This document shows, piece after piece, positions 1-12,335 of a DNA stretch of 64,000 nucleotides. This stretch comes from Mobula hypostoma (lineage: Eukaryota), in NCBI RefSeq assembly GCF_963921235.1, contig NC_086108.1, positions 63,614,001 through 63,678,000 of the forward strand, in the 5' to 3' direction. Both the position numbers and the translations under genes were made by a program. Each line of letters starts with the position of its first letter. The stretch's first letter is position 1. The notes beneath the pieces are model-generated. The model was given only the letters and a program-made list of their open reading frames with translations, was not told the DNA's origin and ran no database searches.

Positions 1-43
1 ATAAGGTTGTCCTAATCTTTTCATTTAATGTTCCTTTCTACAG

Positions 44-220
44 CTATATAATTCATTGCCAAAATTAGTGAGACATCTGCCAGGCCCACATAATGATCTA
101 TTTGCCTCAATGAAAAGTTTAGAGGACCTTTTCCAAAAGAACACCAAGCAGCACCAGGAGAGTTTGAACCCAACAGAACAAAGGGATTTCATTGACTGCT
201 TCCTATCACAAATGCAAAAG
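44..220 (+). CDS. CYP2 copy A exon 5 (LYNSLPKLVRHLPGPHNDLF...RDFIDCFLSQMQK)
   Basis: ttctacag acceptor, gtgaag donor, 177 bp, LPGPH and RDFIDCFL motifs of CYP2 exon 5. Confidence 0.95.
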
Positions 221-1081
221 GTGAAGTTTTATGTAAACTTAAATTTTGAGATAGGAGGAATAGAAAGGGTGAATATTGTTTAAAGAGGGTGAGTAAAGGA
301 CACTATTACAGAGGAATTCTGGGTGTCCTCAGGTAGGACACGCAGGTTGTCAGTGAGTAGTTAAGAAGGCATTTATAATTCCTATTTTTGTGGCAAAGGT
401 GCTGAAGTACAGAAATTAAGAGGTCTTGCTAGAACTGTACAGGATGTTGGTAAAATCATGCTTGACGTACCCTTTATTATGTATGGATATGTTTACATCA
501 ACATAGTTTTAAGAAGTTGAACTGGGTGCATCTCTGGGTGGAAATAAATCTTTTATGTGGAAAGGTTGAAGTACTGATGAGACTTCAGGAGAATAAATAT
601 GGGGCATCATTTCAGAATAAGTGTCACCTATTTAAGATTGAGGTGAGGTGGATTTTCTGCTCTGTGAATCAGGAATATTTAGAATATTTACAGCCAAGAC
701 AGGATAATATTAGGTTGATAAGGCAGTTGAGGATCATGTGGAATTGGCAGAGCTGGACTCAACATTAGATTGTACCTAGTTTGTACCCAGTGTCTGGGGG
801 GTTTATATGACCGACTCCTATTGCTCTGTTCTCATGCCCCTATTTCCGACTTTCTTGATTCTGTTATAAAACTTTTGCTGGCCTTTATCAGGAGTGTTAT
901 CCTAACCAGGATGATCACAAAGAGTATACCTATGGCATTGTTTCAGAAATGCGAAAATTAAAAAAAAACAAATGCTAGAAAGCTGAAGGAAAATCACAGA
1001 AGGCGGGAACCTCTCAGCAAGTCAGGCAGTATTTATAGAAAGAAAAACTGTTAACATTTCAGCCAAAGATCAATCATCAGG

Positions 1082-1465
1082 GTTACGTGGTATTTTGGAT
1101 TGCGGGGTGTAGATATGTCTCTATCATAGGAGGTGTGAGGTGCCCCTTCCCTCTGCTAGCATGTAGGTCACCTTTGGGCATGGTGAAGCCTCTGCTTAGC
1201 TCCACAATCAGGGTCACGTGAGGCCATGGGACCAAGTGGTGGATGGTCGTATGAGCAGCTGGTGCATATATCAAGTCTCAGTTATAGGATTACTGACGCC
1301 AGGCAAATAATCTCTGAAGAGTATTGGTAATGGCTGGGGTCACGTTTCTTGTAAAGACACTGTCCAGACGGCAATGGCAAACCACTTCTGTAGAATATGC
1401 CAAGAATAATAATGGTCACAGACTATGATCGCCTACGTCATGCAACATGGCACATAATAATGATG
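1082..1465 (+). mobile_element. RTE-related non-autonomous retroelement/SINE (paralog about 57965-58350)
   Basis: ggcaatggcaaaccacttctgtag...gccaag motif resembling RTE-partner SINE 3' ends, and a (taa/tga)n tail. Confidence 0.45.
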
Positions 1466-2804
1466 AGGACAAGGAATTAGAAATAATGACATGAACAATT
1501 CTGATCAAGGTCATAGAACTGAGAAGTTTATAGTGTTTCTCCTTTGACAAATTCTGAGTACTTCCAACATTTTTGGGTTTGTTTTAGAAGCATGTCTTGC
1601 AGTGGTGTCTGGAAAAGCTATTTCCCATGGTAGGGAATTCCAGGGCAAGAGGGCATGACTTCAGGATTGAAGGATGTCCTTTTAGAACTGAGATGTGGAG
1701 AAATTACTTTGGTCAGAGGGTGCTAAATCTGTGGAATTTGTTGCCATGAGTGGCTGTGGAAGCCAAGTCATTGAGTGTATTTAAGGCAGAGATAGATAGG
1801 TTCTTGATTAGCCAGAGCATCAAAGGGTATGGGGAGAAGGCAGGGGAGTGGGGATGACTGGAAGAATTGGATCAGCCCATGATTGAATGGTGGAGCAGAC
1901 TCAATGGGCCGAATGGCCTACCTTCACTCCTATATCTTATGGTCTTATGGTCTAAGCAAAGGGAAAGTTATCACCTTCTAGTTGTCCTTAAATATTTTGA
2001 TTTCCTATTGTCCTTTAAAACAAACATACAAGGCTTTCTTTCACAATAAAGCTCCCAGTGTGAATCTTTGTTCAAAGGTGCTAAAGATTGAGGTTGTGGA
2101 AAGGGGAGCAGCAAGTTTAAAAGTACTGATACATCAGATTTTGGAAGCAAAAATCCTCAAAGCATTCTGAGAATTTTAAGGTAGCTTATTTTTCTGATAT
2201 TAATCGCAGAATGCCCCTAATTTCCTGAAAACCTATTTTTGAGTTAGTTGTGAAATATTCACATTCCCTTGCATCAAAATGCAGAGAATTTCTGTTTGTT
2301 AATAAATCTATTCACAACCAACAAATAATGTTGGTTTAATTCCACTACTCTTCAGATTTACTATGTTTTCTGTTAAAACAAGCTTAGAATGAGTCATAGT
2401 TAATCCACCTATTTACTCCAAGACACCAATTCTAGAACCATATTGACCCAGCAAACTTCCTATTACCAGAGCAGGCATTGGTTAAGCTAGTGGCAAACTG
2501 ATCCAAACACCTTATTAGTCTGCAAACAGGCACTGGATTCCACTCAAATCAAAAGAATGAGTGGAGCTGTGACTTTGCACTCTTGTTGATCATTGAGAGA
2601 ACAGACACACAGGGTGGGTTTGCCATCTTTGCTCAAACAACCAGCAGTTTATTATAGCCAGCTGTAATCACCCACTCTCATTAACTCCTGGTACAATAGG
2701 CTCAGTGGGTGAGGTTGCGCCATGTAACCAGGAAAGCTAAAGCTGAAACTCATTACATATCACTTAAATCTGTTGTCACTTTAATATATTTCTTGCTGTT
2801 TAAG

Positions 2805-2940
2805 GCTGCTCCTAACTCTAGTTTTGATGACCAAAATCTGCTGTATACATCATTGGATCTTTTCTTTGCTGGATCTGAGACGACAGCTACCACATTACTT
2901 TGGGCACTGCTGTACATGGCAGGGTATCCAGACATTCAAG
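2805..2940 (+). CDS. CYP2 copy A exon 6 (I-helix, DLFFAGSETTATTLLWALLYM)
   Basis: taag acceptor, gtgagt donor, AGxETT oxygen-activation motif, phase-1 end. Confidence 0.95.
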
Positions 2941-3951
2941 GTGAGTAACTCAGGAGAAATTTAGGAAGTTCTCGATTTCTGCCTATGATTTCTGAATTTC
3001 TGTGATTATATTTAATGAAGCTATGGTCTTCCCAGTGCAACCTAGTCTACATTGGTGAAACCCGACGTGGATTTGGGGGGACCACTTGGCCGAGCACCTT
3101 CACTCCACCGGCAACAGGGAGGATTTCCCATTGTCCATCCATTTTAATTCCACTCCTCATTCCCATTCCAACACACTGGTCCAGGGCCTCCTTTCCTGCC
3201 ATGATGAGGCCACTCTGAGGTTGGAGTAGTAACACCATTTGGATAGCCACCAACCCTTCGGTATAAACATTGATTTCTCCCCCCTCCTCCTCTTCCATTC
3301 CCAATCCTAGCTCCCCTCTTACTCCTCTTCTTCTCACCTGCCCATCACCTCCCCCTGGTGCCCGTCCTCCTTCCACTTCTCCCATGGAATCTGTTCTCGT
3401 ATCAGATTCCTCCTTCTTCAACCCTTCAGCCATTCTGTCTCTCACATCCAGGCTTCTCATTTGATCTGTCCTCCCTCTCCACCTACCTTCCCCTCAGCTG
3501 GATTTACCTATCATCTGCCCCACCAAAATTATACCTGCATACCCTTGTCCCACCAACATTATATCTGCAGACCTCTGCCTACTGAAATCATATTTGTATA
3601 CCTCATCTCTGTTTTATCTCTTCCCCCCAACCCAGTTTAATCTCTTCCTACCTACATCTGTGACACTTCACACACTCTGGATCTTTTCAACGGCTTCAAG
3701 TTCCCTGGCTCTGATCATCTTATTTTCACAATGGATGTCTAGATCCTATACACCCCCACCCCTCATCAGGAGGGCCTCACAGCTCTCTGACAACAGACCT
3801 AACTTGTTGCCTCCTCCACCTGGCAAAAACGGTCCTCTCTCAATAATTTCTCCTTTGGCTCCTCCCACTTCCTTCAAATCAAAGGTATAGCCATGGGCGT
3901 TCGTATGGGTCCCAGCTATGACCGCCTGTTTGTCTGCTACATGGAACAGTA

Positions 3952-4471
3952 CGAGGGGTGATTGATAAGTTCGTGGCCTGAGGTAGAAGGAGTCAATTTT
4001 AGAAAACCGAGCACATTTATTTCCTACATAGTCCCCTCCTACATTTACACACTTAGTCCAGCAGTTGTGGAGCATACGGATCTCTTTGAAGAAGTCGGCG
4101 TCTTGGACCTCCAGAAAGTGGTCCACAGCAGGGGTGATTGATAAGTTTGTTGCCTAAGGTAGAAGGAGATGAGTTATACAGCTCTCCTTATGTGCATGTG
4201 CAGTTCAACTCTCTGAGTGACAATGCAGAAAGTTTGAAGTTAATAACTCATCCCCTTCTATCTTAGGTGACAAACTTATCAATCACCCCTGCTGTGGACC
4301 ACTATCTGGAGGTCCAAGATGCCGACTTCTACATGAAGGGATCCGTATGCTCCAGGACCACTGGACTAAGTGTGTAAATGTAGGAGGGGATTATGTTGAA
4401 AAATAAATGTGCTAGGTTTTCTAAAATTGACTCCTTCTACCCTGGGCCACGAACTTATCAATCACCCCTCA
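3952..4471. mobile_element. Palindromic mariner-type MITE (520 bp) with TA target duplication
   Basis: TA|CGAGGGGTGATTGATAAGTTCGTGGCC...GGCCACGAACTTATCAATCACCCCTC(A)|TA with long inverted arms. Confidence 0.9.
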
Positions 4472-4730
4472 TATGTTGCAAACCTACACCAATATCACTG
4501 CCCAACTTTTCCTATGCTAGATCAATGACTGCATTGGGGCTGCTTCCTGCACCATGCTGAGCTTGTCAACTTCATCAACTTTGCCTCCAACTTCCAACCT
4601 GCCTTCAAATTTACCTGGTTCATTTCTGACATTTTTCTTCCCCTTCTCGATCTCTCTGTCTCTATCTCAGGAAACAGTTTATGTACTGATGTCTTTTATA
4701 AATCCACTGATTCTCAAATCTTACTGAACT

Positions 4731-5010
4731 ACTTTATACTTTATTGTCGCCAAACAGTTGATACTAGAACGTACAATTATCACAGCGATATTTGATTCTG
4801 CGCTTCCTGCTCCCTGGATTACAAATTGATAGTAAATATTAAAAATTTAAATTATAAATCATAATTAGAAAATAGAAGAATGGAAAGTAAGGTAGTGCAA
4901 AAAAACCGAGAGGCAGGTTTGGATATTTGGAGGGTACGGCCTCGATCCGGGTCATGATCCATTCAGTAGTCTTATCACAGTTGGAAAGAAGCTGTTCCCA
5001 AATCTGGCCA
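4731..5010 (-). mobile_element. Short LINE 3'-end fragment (Rex1-like) inserted into the Penelope relic
   Basis: Interrupts Penelope RT-region sequence, has AATAAA on the minus strand and 'acta' on both flanks. Confidence 0.5.
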
Positions 5011-7464
5011 TACTATACCTCTTCCCACCATGTCACTTGTAAAAATGCCATCCACTTCTCTCAGTCCAATTACCACTGCATCTGCTCTTAGCTTACGATA
5101 AGGTATTTCATTCCAGGACTTAATAAATATCCTCCTTCTTCAAAGAAAAGGGCTTTCTTTCCTTCACCATCAATGCTGCTCTCACCCACGTCTCTTCTAT
5201 TTTGCGCATATCTGCCATACCACCAGGGATAGGGTCCTCACCTACCACCCCACTAGCTTCTCTGCCCAGCACATAATTCTCCGTAACCTCTGCCATCTCC
5301 AATGAGATTCCACCACCAAGCACATCTTTGCTCTCCCCCAACTTTCTACTTCCCACAGGGATTGTTCCATACGTGACTCCCTTGTCCATTTGTCCCTCCA
5401 CACTGATCTCCTTCATAGTACTTACCTTTGCAAGTGGACAAGTGCCACACCTGCCCCTACACTTCCTTCCTCACTACCACTGAGGGTCCCAAACAGTCCT
5501 TCCAGGTGAAGTGACATTTCACCTGTGAGTCTGTTGTGGTCATCTGCTGTATCCGGTGTTCCCAGTGTGGCCGCCTCTCCATCGGTGGGACCCAACATAG
5601 ATTGGGAGACCGCTTCGCCCAGCACCTGTGCTTCATCCACCTGAAAAAGCAGCATCTCTCAGTGGCAACCCATTTCAGTTCATCTTCCCATTCCCATTCT
5701 GACATGTCAGTCCATAGCCTTCTCTTCTGCCATGATGAGCCCACACTCAGATTGAAGGAGCAACTCTTTTTAGCCAGACGGTGATGAACCTGTGGAATTT
5801 TTTTCCCATGGGCAGCTGTGGAAGCCAATTCTTTATGTATATTTAAGGCAGAGGTTGATAGATTCTTGATCGGTCAGGGCATGAAGAGATATGGGGAGGG
5901 GACAGGAGATTTGGCTGAGAGGAAAATTAGATCAACCATGATGAAATGGCAGAGCAGACTCGATAGGCCAAATAGCCTAATTCTGCTCCTATATTTTATC
6001 GTCTTATGGTCTTATAGTCTGTCTGGGAAGCCTCCAACCTGATGGTGTGCATTTCCAGGAATTGCACCCACTCTCTCCTTCACCATTCCCCATTCCTGTT
6101 TCTCTCTCTCACCTTTTCTTCTTACTTGGCAGTCACCTCCCTCTGGTGCTCCTCCCCTTTCCCTTTCTTCCGTGGTCTTCTGTCCTCTCCTATCCATCCG
6201 ATTACCCCTTCTCCAGCGCTTTATCTCTTACACCAATCAACTTCGCAGCTCTTTACTTTGCCCACTCCCCACTGCCAGTTTCACCTATAACCTACCACCT
6301 TGGGCTTCTACCACCCCCACTTGCTCTGATTTCTCATCTTTTTTTTGCAGTCCTGACGAAGGGTCTCGGCCCAATCATCAACTGTTCACCCTTTTCCGTT
6401 GATACTGCCTGGCCCGTGTGTGTTGCTTGGATTTCCAGCATCAGCAGATTTTCTTGCATTTTTGGTTTCCGTATCACCTTCGAGCTTGTACTCCTTCTCC
6501 TCACCCCAACGCTTTCCTTTCCAGTTCTGTTGAAGTGCCTCAGCCCCAAAACAGCAGCTCTTTATTCCCCCCCATAAATGCTGCCTGACCTGCTGAGTTC
6601 CTTGAGTATTTTGTGTGTGTTACTAGGATCTTGCCTGATTTTAAATTGGTGAACAGTGATGATTTGTACCAAGATACCATATGTACTAACATATTGGTGC
6701 TGTGAGATATTGATACTTAGAATGATCTAAGAAACATAATTTGGAAAATTAACACTAAAGAAAAATGTTATGACGAATCACCCATTGTTTCAATACTTTT
6801 GAGAATAATGAGTGGCCAGATCAATTTGATAGCTATTGTAGTTTCCATTTTGATAATACTAGCCATCTCATTTACACCATGGATATCCAAACTTTCCATA
6901 TATCCACATGTCCACCTCCTACCAGAACAGACTGCTGACCCTTCACTTCCTGAATGGAGGCAAATCTGGTCCTTATCCTCCATCATTGCCATTCTCCTGT
7001 GCCTCATCTTTGTTACACATTGAACAACTCCTCACTATCTCCAAATAAAGGCTGTTGCAATGCAAATTTGTGTAGTTCATGAATATAGCTACCTTTTTTG
7101 TGGAATACAAGTTTGTTTTTGCTAGCATCTTCCAACCCATCAGTTTTAACATTCAATGAATCCACTATCTCCTCCATACTGCTTCCACTATCCTTTTTAT
7201 CTTTCCTTTCAAAATTATAATTGTCTCTCTCCCTTCAGGATACCCCAATTCACTTCTCAATCCTTCCTGCTCACAATGCATTCACTTCCCACAGCACCTT
7301 AATATCCTATTCATTTTATCTCCTTGTTTCCAGCCATTCAGATCTTTTACAAGTGAAATTTTCATTTTCTTGCACTGCACTTGCCAGCGTTATTGTATAT
7401 ATTTTCTATTTAAATGGCTGTGGAGCCTCATTCATTGGGTATATTTAAAGCAGAGGTTGATAGA

Positions 7465-8530
7465 AACCATAAGACTATAAAATATAGGAGGAGAATTAGG
7501 CCATTTGGCCCATCGAGTCTGTTCCGTCATTTCATCATGGCTGATCCAATTTTCCTCTCAGCGTCAATCTCCTGCCTTCTCTCCATATCTCTTCATGCCC
7601 TGACCAATCGGGAATCTATCAGCCTCTGCCTTAAATATATATAAAGAGTTGACCACAAGTGCTACAGATTCACCACTTTCTGGCTGAAAGAATTCCTCCT
7701 CATCTCCATTCTAAAAGGACGCCCCTCTATCCTGAGCCTATGTCCTCTGGCCCTAGACTCTCCCACCATAGGAAACATACTCTCTACATCCACTCTTCAC
7801 CATTCGAAGGGTTTCAATGAGGTCACCCCCTCAATCTTCTGAATTCCAGTGAATACAGCCCTAGAGCCATCAAACATTCTTCATACGACAAGCTATTCAA
7901 TCCTGGAATCATTTTCGTGGAGCTCCTTTGAACCCTCTCCAGTTTCAACACATCCTTTCTAACATAAGGGGCCCAAAACTGCTCACAGAATTCCAAATGA
8001 GGTCTCATCAGTGGTTTTATATTCTAGACTCTTGAAATGAATGCAAACATCCCATTTGCCTTCCTCACCACAGTCTCAACCTGCAAATTAACCTTTAGAT
8101 AATCCTGCACAAGGATTCCCAAATTCCTTTGCACCTCAGTTTTTTGTATTTTCTCTCCATTCAGAAAGTAGTCAACCTTCTCATTTCTTCTACCAAAGTG
8201 CATGACCATACACTTCCCGACACTGTATTCCATCTGCCATTTTTTTGCCCATTCTCCTAATCTGTCTAAATCCTTCTGTACCTCTCTACTTCACAAAACA
8301 ACCTACCCTTTCTCTTATCTTCATATCACCTGCAAACTTTGCAACAAAGCCATCAATTCCACCATCTAAATCATTGAATTTACCGTAAAAAGAATCGGTC
8401 CCAACACAGAACCCTGTGGACCACCACCAGTCACCGTCAGACAACCAGATAAGGCTTCCTTTATTCCCACTCTTTGCCACCTGTCAATCAGCCCCTGCCT
8501 TATCCATGCTAGAATATTTCCTGTAATAAG
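7465..8530 (-). mobile_element. CR1 LINE ORF2 3' fragment
   Basis: PQGSVLGP, FVAKFAGD and RPHLEFCEQFWAPY motifs in broken frames. Confidence 0.85.
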
Positions 8531-9086
8531 GTTCTTGATAAGTAAGGATGTTGAAGGTTGTAGAAGCAAGGCAGGAGAATAGGGTTGAAAGGGAATAATA
8601 GATCAGCCATGATGAAATGGTGGAGTAGACTTGAATGGCCTAATTGTGCTCCTGTGTCTTATATTCTTTTGGCCTAAAACACATTACCATTAACAAGGTG
8701 CTTATGTAGAACTTAACACAATAGCCATTTATGTAGCTGTTGTTAAGGTTTCACAAATCCTAGCCCATGGAAAACTAAGTAATGGCCTAGAAATTCTGCT
8801 CTGTGGGATAAGGATCCATGACTGTGTACTCTGTGGTGAGCTCTGCATGCTTTATCTAAATGTTTTCTGTTGTAAAATTGTCCTGTGCACAAGGCATTGT
8901 ATGCAACTTAACTAGTCTTACAAGCTTAATGCAAGAATATTTGTCTGCTCACTTTCTTTTCAAAATGAGTGAAGCAGGTAGGTATTGGGACAAGGGAGGG
9001 AAGAATAGGGAAATGTTCCAGGGAGGAATAGTAAAGTAAAGTTTGTGATGTCAGACGAGCTAAACCTATTTTTTTAAGATTAGCTT

Positions 9087-9091
<5 letters not shown>

Positions 9092-9133
<42 letters not shown>
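9092..9133. repeat. (TA)n microsatellite
   Basis: About 21 TA units. Confidence 0.95.
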
Positions 9134-9137
<4 letters not shown>

Positions 9138-9254
9138 AACATAAAAACATTCCCTGAAATGTGTCATTTACACCAACAAACATTGCAGTACAAGAACGTG
9201 GTAGGGGAAGCCTGCAAGTTTTGCCATTTCCTGGCAGCTACATATCATGTCCAC

Positions 9255-9385
9255 AACCTACTAATCCTAATCTTTGCAATGTGGGAGGAAACTGGATCAC
9301 CTGGAAGAAACCGACATGGTCATGGGGAAAACAAACAAGCAGCAGGAATTGAACCTGGATTGCTGGTTCACCACACTACGGTGGT
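9255..9385 (-). mobile_element. tRNA-derived V-SINE-like remnant
   Basis: tgtgggaggaaac..gaaacc..catggtcatgggga core and ggaattgaacc (reverse B box). Confidence 0.55.
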
Positions 9386-10823
9386 GTCCAAAGAGAGTTG
9401 GTTGTCTTAGATCAGAATGGGCATGTGTGTGAAGACAGGTGGAGGGGGAGGATTGGAGGAAACGAGAAGAGATGAGATGGTAAAGTTTATGAGATTGTGA
9501 TTTGTTGGATGTAGGAGTTGGAAGCTTGGAGGTAGTTTTTACCTTAAAGGTACCTCCATACAGCTGGTTCCCATGGTTTGGATCCCTGGGCATGTTTGCT
9601 CAACTAGGTCCCTCCTGAGCATTGCCGAAGTAGGCTTCACCTTGGCAATCACTCATGAGTTCTAAACTAAATTCATCAAGTGATAAGCTTTCCTATGAAA
9701 TTCTACCACATAGAATACAAATATCTTATCCTACAAAACTGTGCCTTCAGAATTCAACATACCGTATGAGGTCATTTAAACTGTAAGATCCCTGCATGAA
9801 AGGTTTGGTGTGGTAGTAGGGCCACATGGCAAGGTAACAGGGCCACTCAGCCCACCACCCCTGTGCCAAGTAGATGGGTGTCTCATATGAGAATGGGCAT
9901 CTTGCTGTCATGCTCACACTCTGTAACTGGAAATGATTACCATAGTTGTCTTTAATTACAGATCAATATTTCCTTTCACATAATGAGAATCCGAGATAAG
10001 AATCACAACATGCTGGAGATTTTCAGCAAGTCAGATAACATTTATGGAAGGGGAAAGTTAATATTTCAGGTTCCCAAGAGCCGAAACGTTGTGTCCCACT
10101 CTCACAGCTGGAATATTGTACACTTGTTTGCAGTTCTAGTCACCACACCATAGGACGGAATAGAATTGGAGGGAATGCAGAAGAAATTCACTAAGAAGTT
10201 GCCTTGGAGCAGAGAAATCTGAGGTGGACGAAAGAGAAACACAAAATCATGAGAAGCAGAGATATGGTAGATAGTAAGACATTTTTCCCCATGGCAGAGG
10301 TGTTTGAGACCATAGGACAAAGGTTTAAGATGAGGTGTAGGATGTTCAGAGGAAATCTGAGGAAAATTTTCATCAATAGGATCATTACAATTTGCAACAC
10401 TGCCTGAGAAGGTGACAAAGGCAAATACATTCACAATATCAAAGAAGCATTTGAATAATTACTTCAATCACTGAAGCTGGTAGGCCATGGACGAAGCACT
10501 GATAAAAGGGATTAATATTGATAGGACCTGATGATCAATATGACCTTGCTGGGCCAAGGCCTTCTTCTTTGCTGTATGGCTCTGAGCACATGACCATCAG
10601 ATCTCCCTTTTGTAATGTTAACCCTTCTTTCCACTGAGACTGCCTAATGGACTGAGCGTTGCCTGTCTGTTAAGATACTCTTCTATGTTGTTTTTTTTTT
10701 CCCATATCTACTGGAGCATTGCTTGGGGCACAGTGGCATGTTAAAAGCTTAATTCTTATTGTTTAAAAAGTAGCATTGTGATGGTCATCTGGATCCTTCT
10801 GTACCCTTTCTCTTTCTTTGCAG

Positions 10824-11008
10824 AGAAAGTCCATGATGAGATTGTGAGTGTAATTGGCCAGCAAGATCCTGTGATGGATGATCGAATCAATCTTCCTTAC
10901 ACCAATGCAGTTGTTCATGAAATACAGTGAAAGGGCTTCATAGTCCCATTTACTCTTAACAGGGAAACTACTCGAGATACAACAGTGGGAAAATACTTCA
11001 TACCAAAG
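10824..11008 (+). CDS. CYP2 copy A exon 7 (EKVHDEI...[13 protein letters not shown]...GKYFIPK), contains a premature stop
   Basis: ttgcag acceptor, gtaatt donor, 185 bp. Hand translation gives [12 protein letters not shown] then TGA. Absent from the ORF track. Confidence 0.93.
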
Positions 11009-12335
11009 GTAATTGAAACACAGGTTTTCAACATGAAATCGTAATGAACGAACACAGAATATAATATAAATAAGATGACAGAATCAAGAAAGATGATTAT
11101 AAGAGCTGGGTGCTGTGAATATTCACAGTTTGAGAGATTTGCTAAAGCTAGGGTGTGTTTTGATATGAATAATTCATTTCTTGAAGCCTTTTGAGGACTT
11201 TCCTTCCTTTTTACTATTCTGACAAATACTTGTGTTGTGGATTAAATCTACAAATCTATCAAGATATCACGAGAGCCTCACAGGTAAGAAATATATTCAT
11301 AATCAGTCCATCTTAATTTATTTGTTTAAACAAATCTCCACTGTTTCCATTGCTCCTGTCAAAATATTTCTTTAATAATTCTCTTTTTTATTTGGCTCCA
11401 TGCAAACTTTTTGTTATTCACTATGATTAAAAACTGCTTTATGTTTTAGAACTGGCTTTTGCTGACTTGAATCCCTCTCCTTGTTCCATTCTCAAAGTCC
11501 ACTCTTTATCTTTAGCTTTCCTCGGACCATGATGTGAAAAATGGATTAACACCACATATCCTTTCAGGAGTAAAACATAGGTGCCACAAACAAACTAGGA
11601 TGTGATGAAGACCACAAGGACAATTTGCTTGTTATTGCCTTGCATCTTAGAAAAATTGGTTGAGAACAGCCAGAGCTTGCATTTTTCAAGCTACAATGAC
11701 CTCATCCAGCTCTGCAGCAGAAGAAGCATACTGATGGGTTTCACATTAACACCTTAATTTACAATTTGGGGGAAGCGAAATACTGCTTCTTCCTACTCCC
11801 TACATAAACCATTAATTTGCACCATCCACCCCTATACTGACAGCCATAGAAGCATCCTCTCTTGCTCAGCAGGGAGGTTGATTCCAACTTGATAAAACAT
11901 TGGTTGTACCTTAGCTGGAGCATTACACACAGTTCTGGTCGCCACACTATATGAAAGATGTGACATTGCTGGAGAGAGTGCAGAGGAAATTCACCCGGAT
12001 GTTCCCCAGGATGGGATGTTTCAGTAATGAGGAGAGATTGCAGAGTCTGTGTCTGTTCTTTCTGGAACAAAGGAGGTTCAGAAGTGACACGATTGAGATA
12101 TATAAAACTACAAAAGGTGTAGATAGGGTAGTCTCCAGGAAACTATTCTCCATATCAGTGATAGACACCCTTAAGTTCATAAATTTAGGAAGGGATCACT
12201 GATTTAGAGGAGATCTGAGAGTGATTTTTTTCACGTAGTGAGTGGTATCTCTTCACTCAATGAATGATGAAAACATTGCCTGAGAGAGTGCAGGAAGTAG
12301 AGCAATTTAAGTGCTCACCCAGGCACTTCTAAAAT

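Larger units (their letters stand above)
3030..6625 (+). mobile_element. Decayed Penelope-like retroelement cluster (RT and GIY-YIG remnants plus pseudo-LTRs), interrupted by a MITE, a Rex1-like tail and a CR1 3' end; paralog about 59910-63500
   Basis: LVYIGETRR and CIRCSQCG...RLGDRFAQHL GIY-YIG remnants, AMGxxMGPSY RT remnant, and degenerate hammerhead-type motifs near 6350 and 6525. Confidence 0.8.
1..6778 (+). repeat. Segmental tandem duplication, copy 1 (partner 56887-63656)
   Basis: Colinear match at an offset of about 56,880 covering exons, introns and embedded TEs. Confidence 0.97.

Noticed and set aside
6047..6577. 176-aa Pro/Leu/Ser-rich ORF and similar short ORFs throughout
   Set aside because: They arise from pyrimidine-rich pLTR sequence or antisense LINE frames, and this one is not preserved intact in the paralogous copy.
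10928..10930. TGA as selenocysteine or programmed readthrough
   Set aside because: The position needs Arg, CpG decay explains it simply, no SECIS-like hairpin was recognised in the 3' UTR, and a second lesion exists in exon 9.
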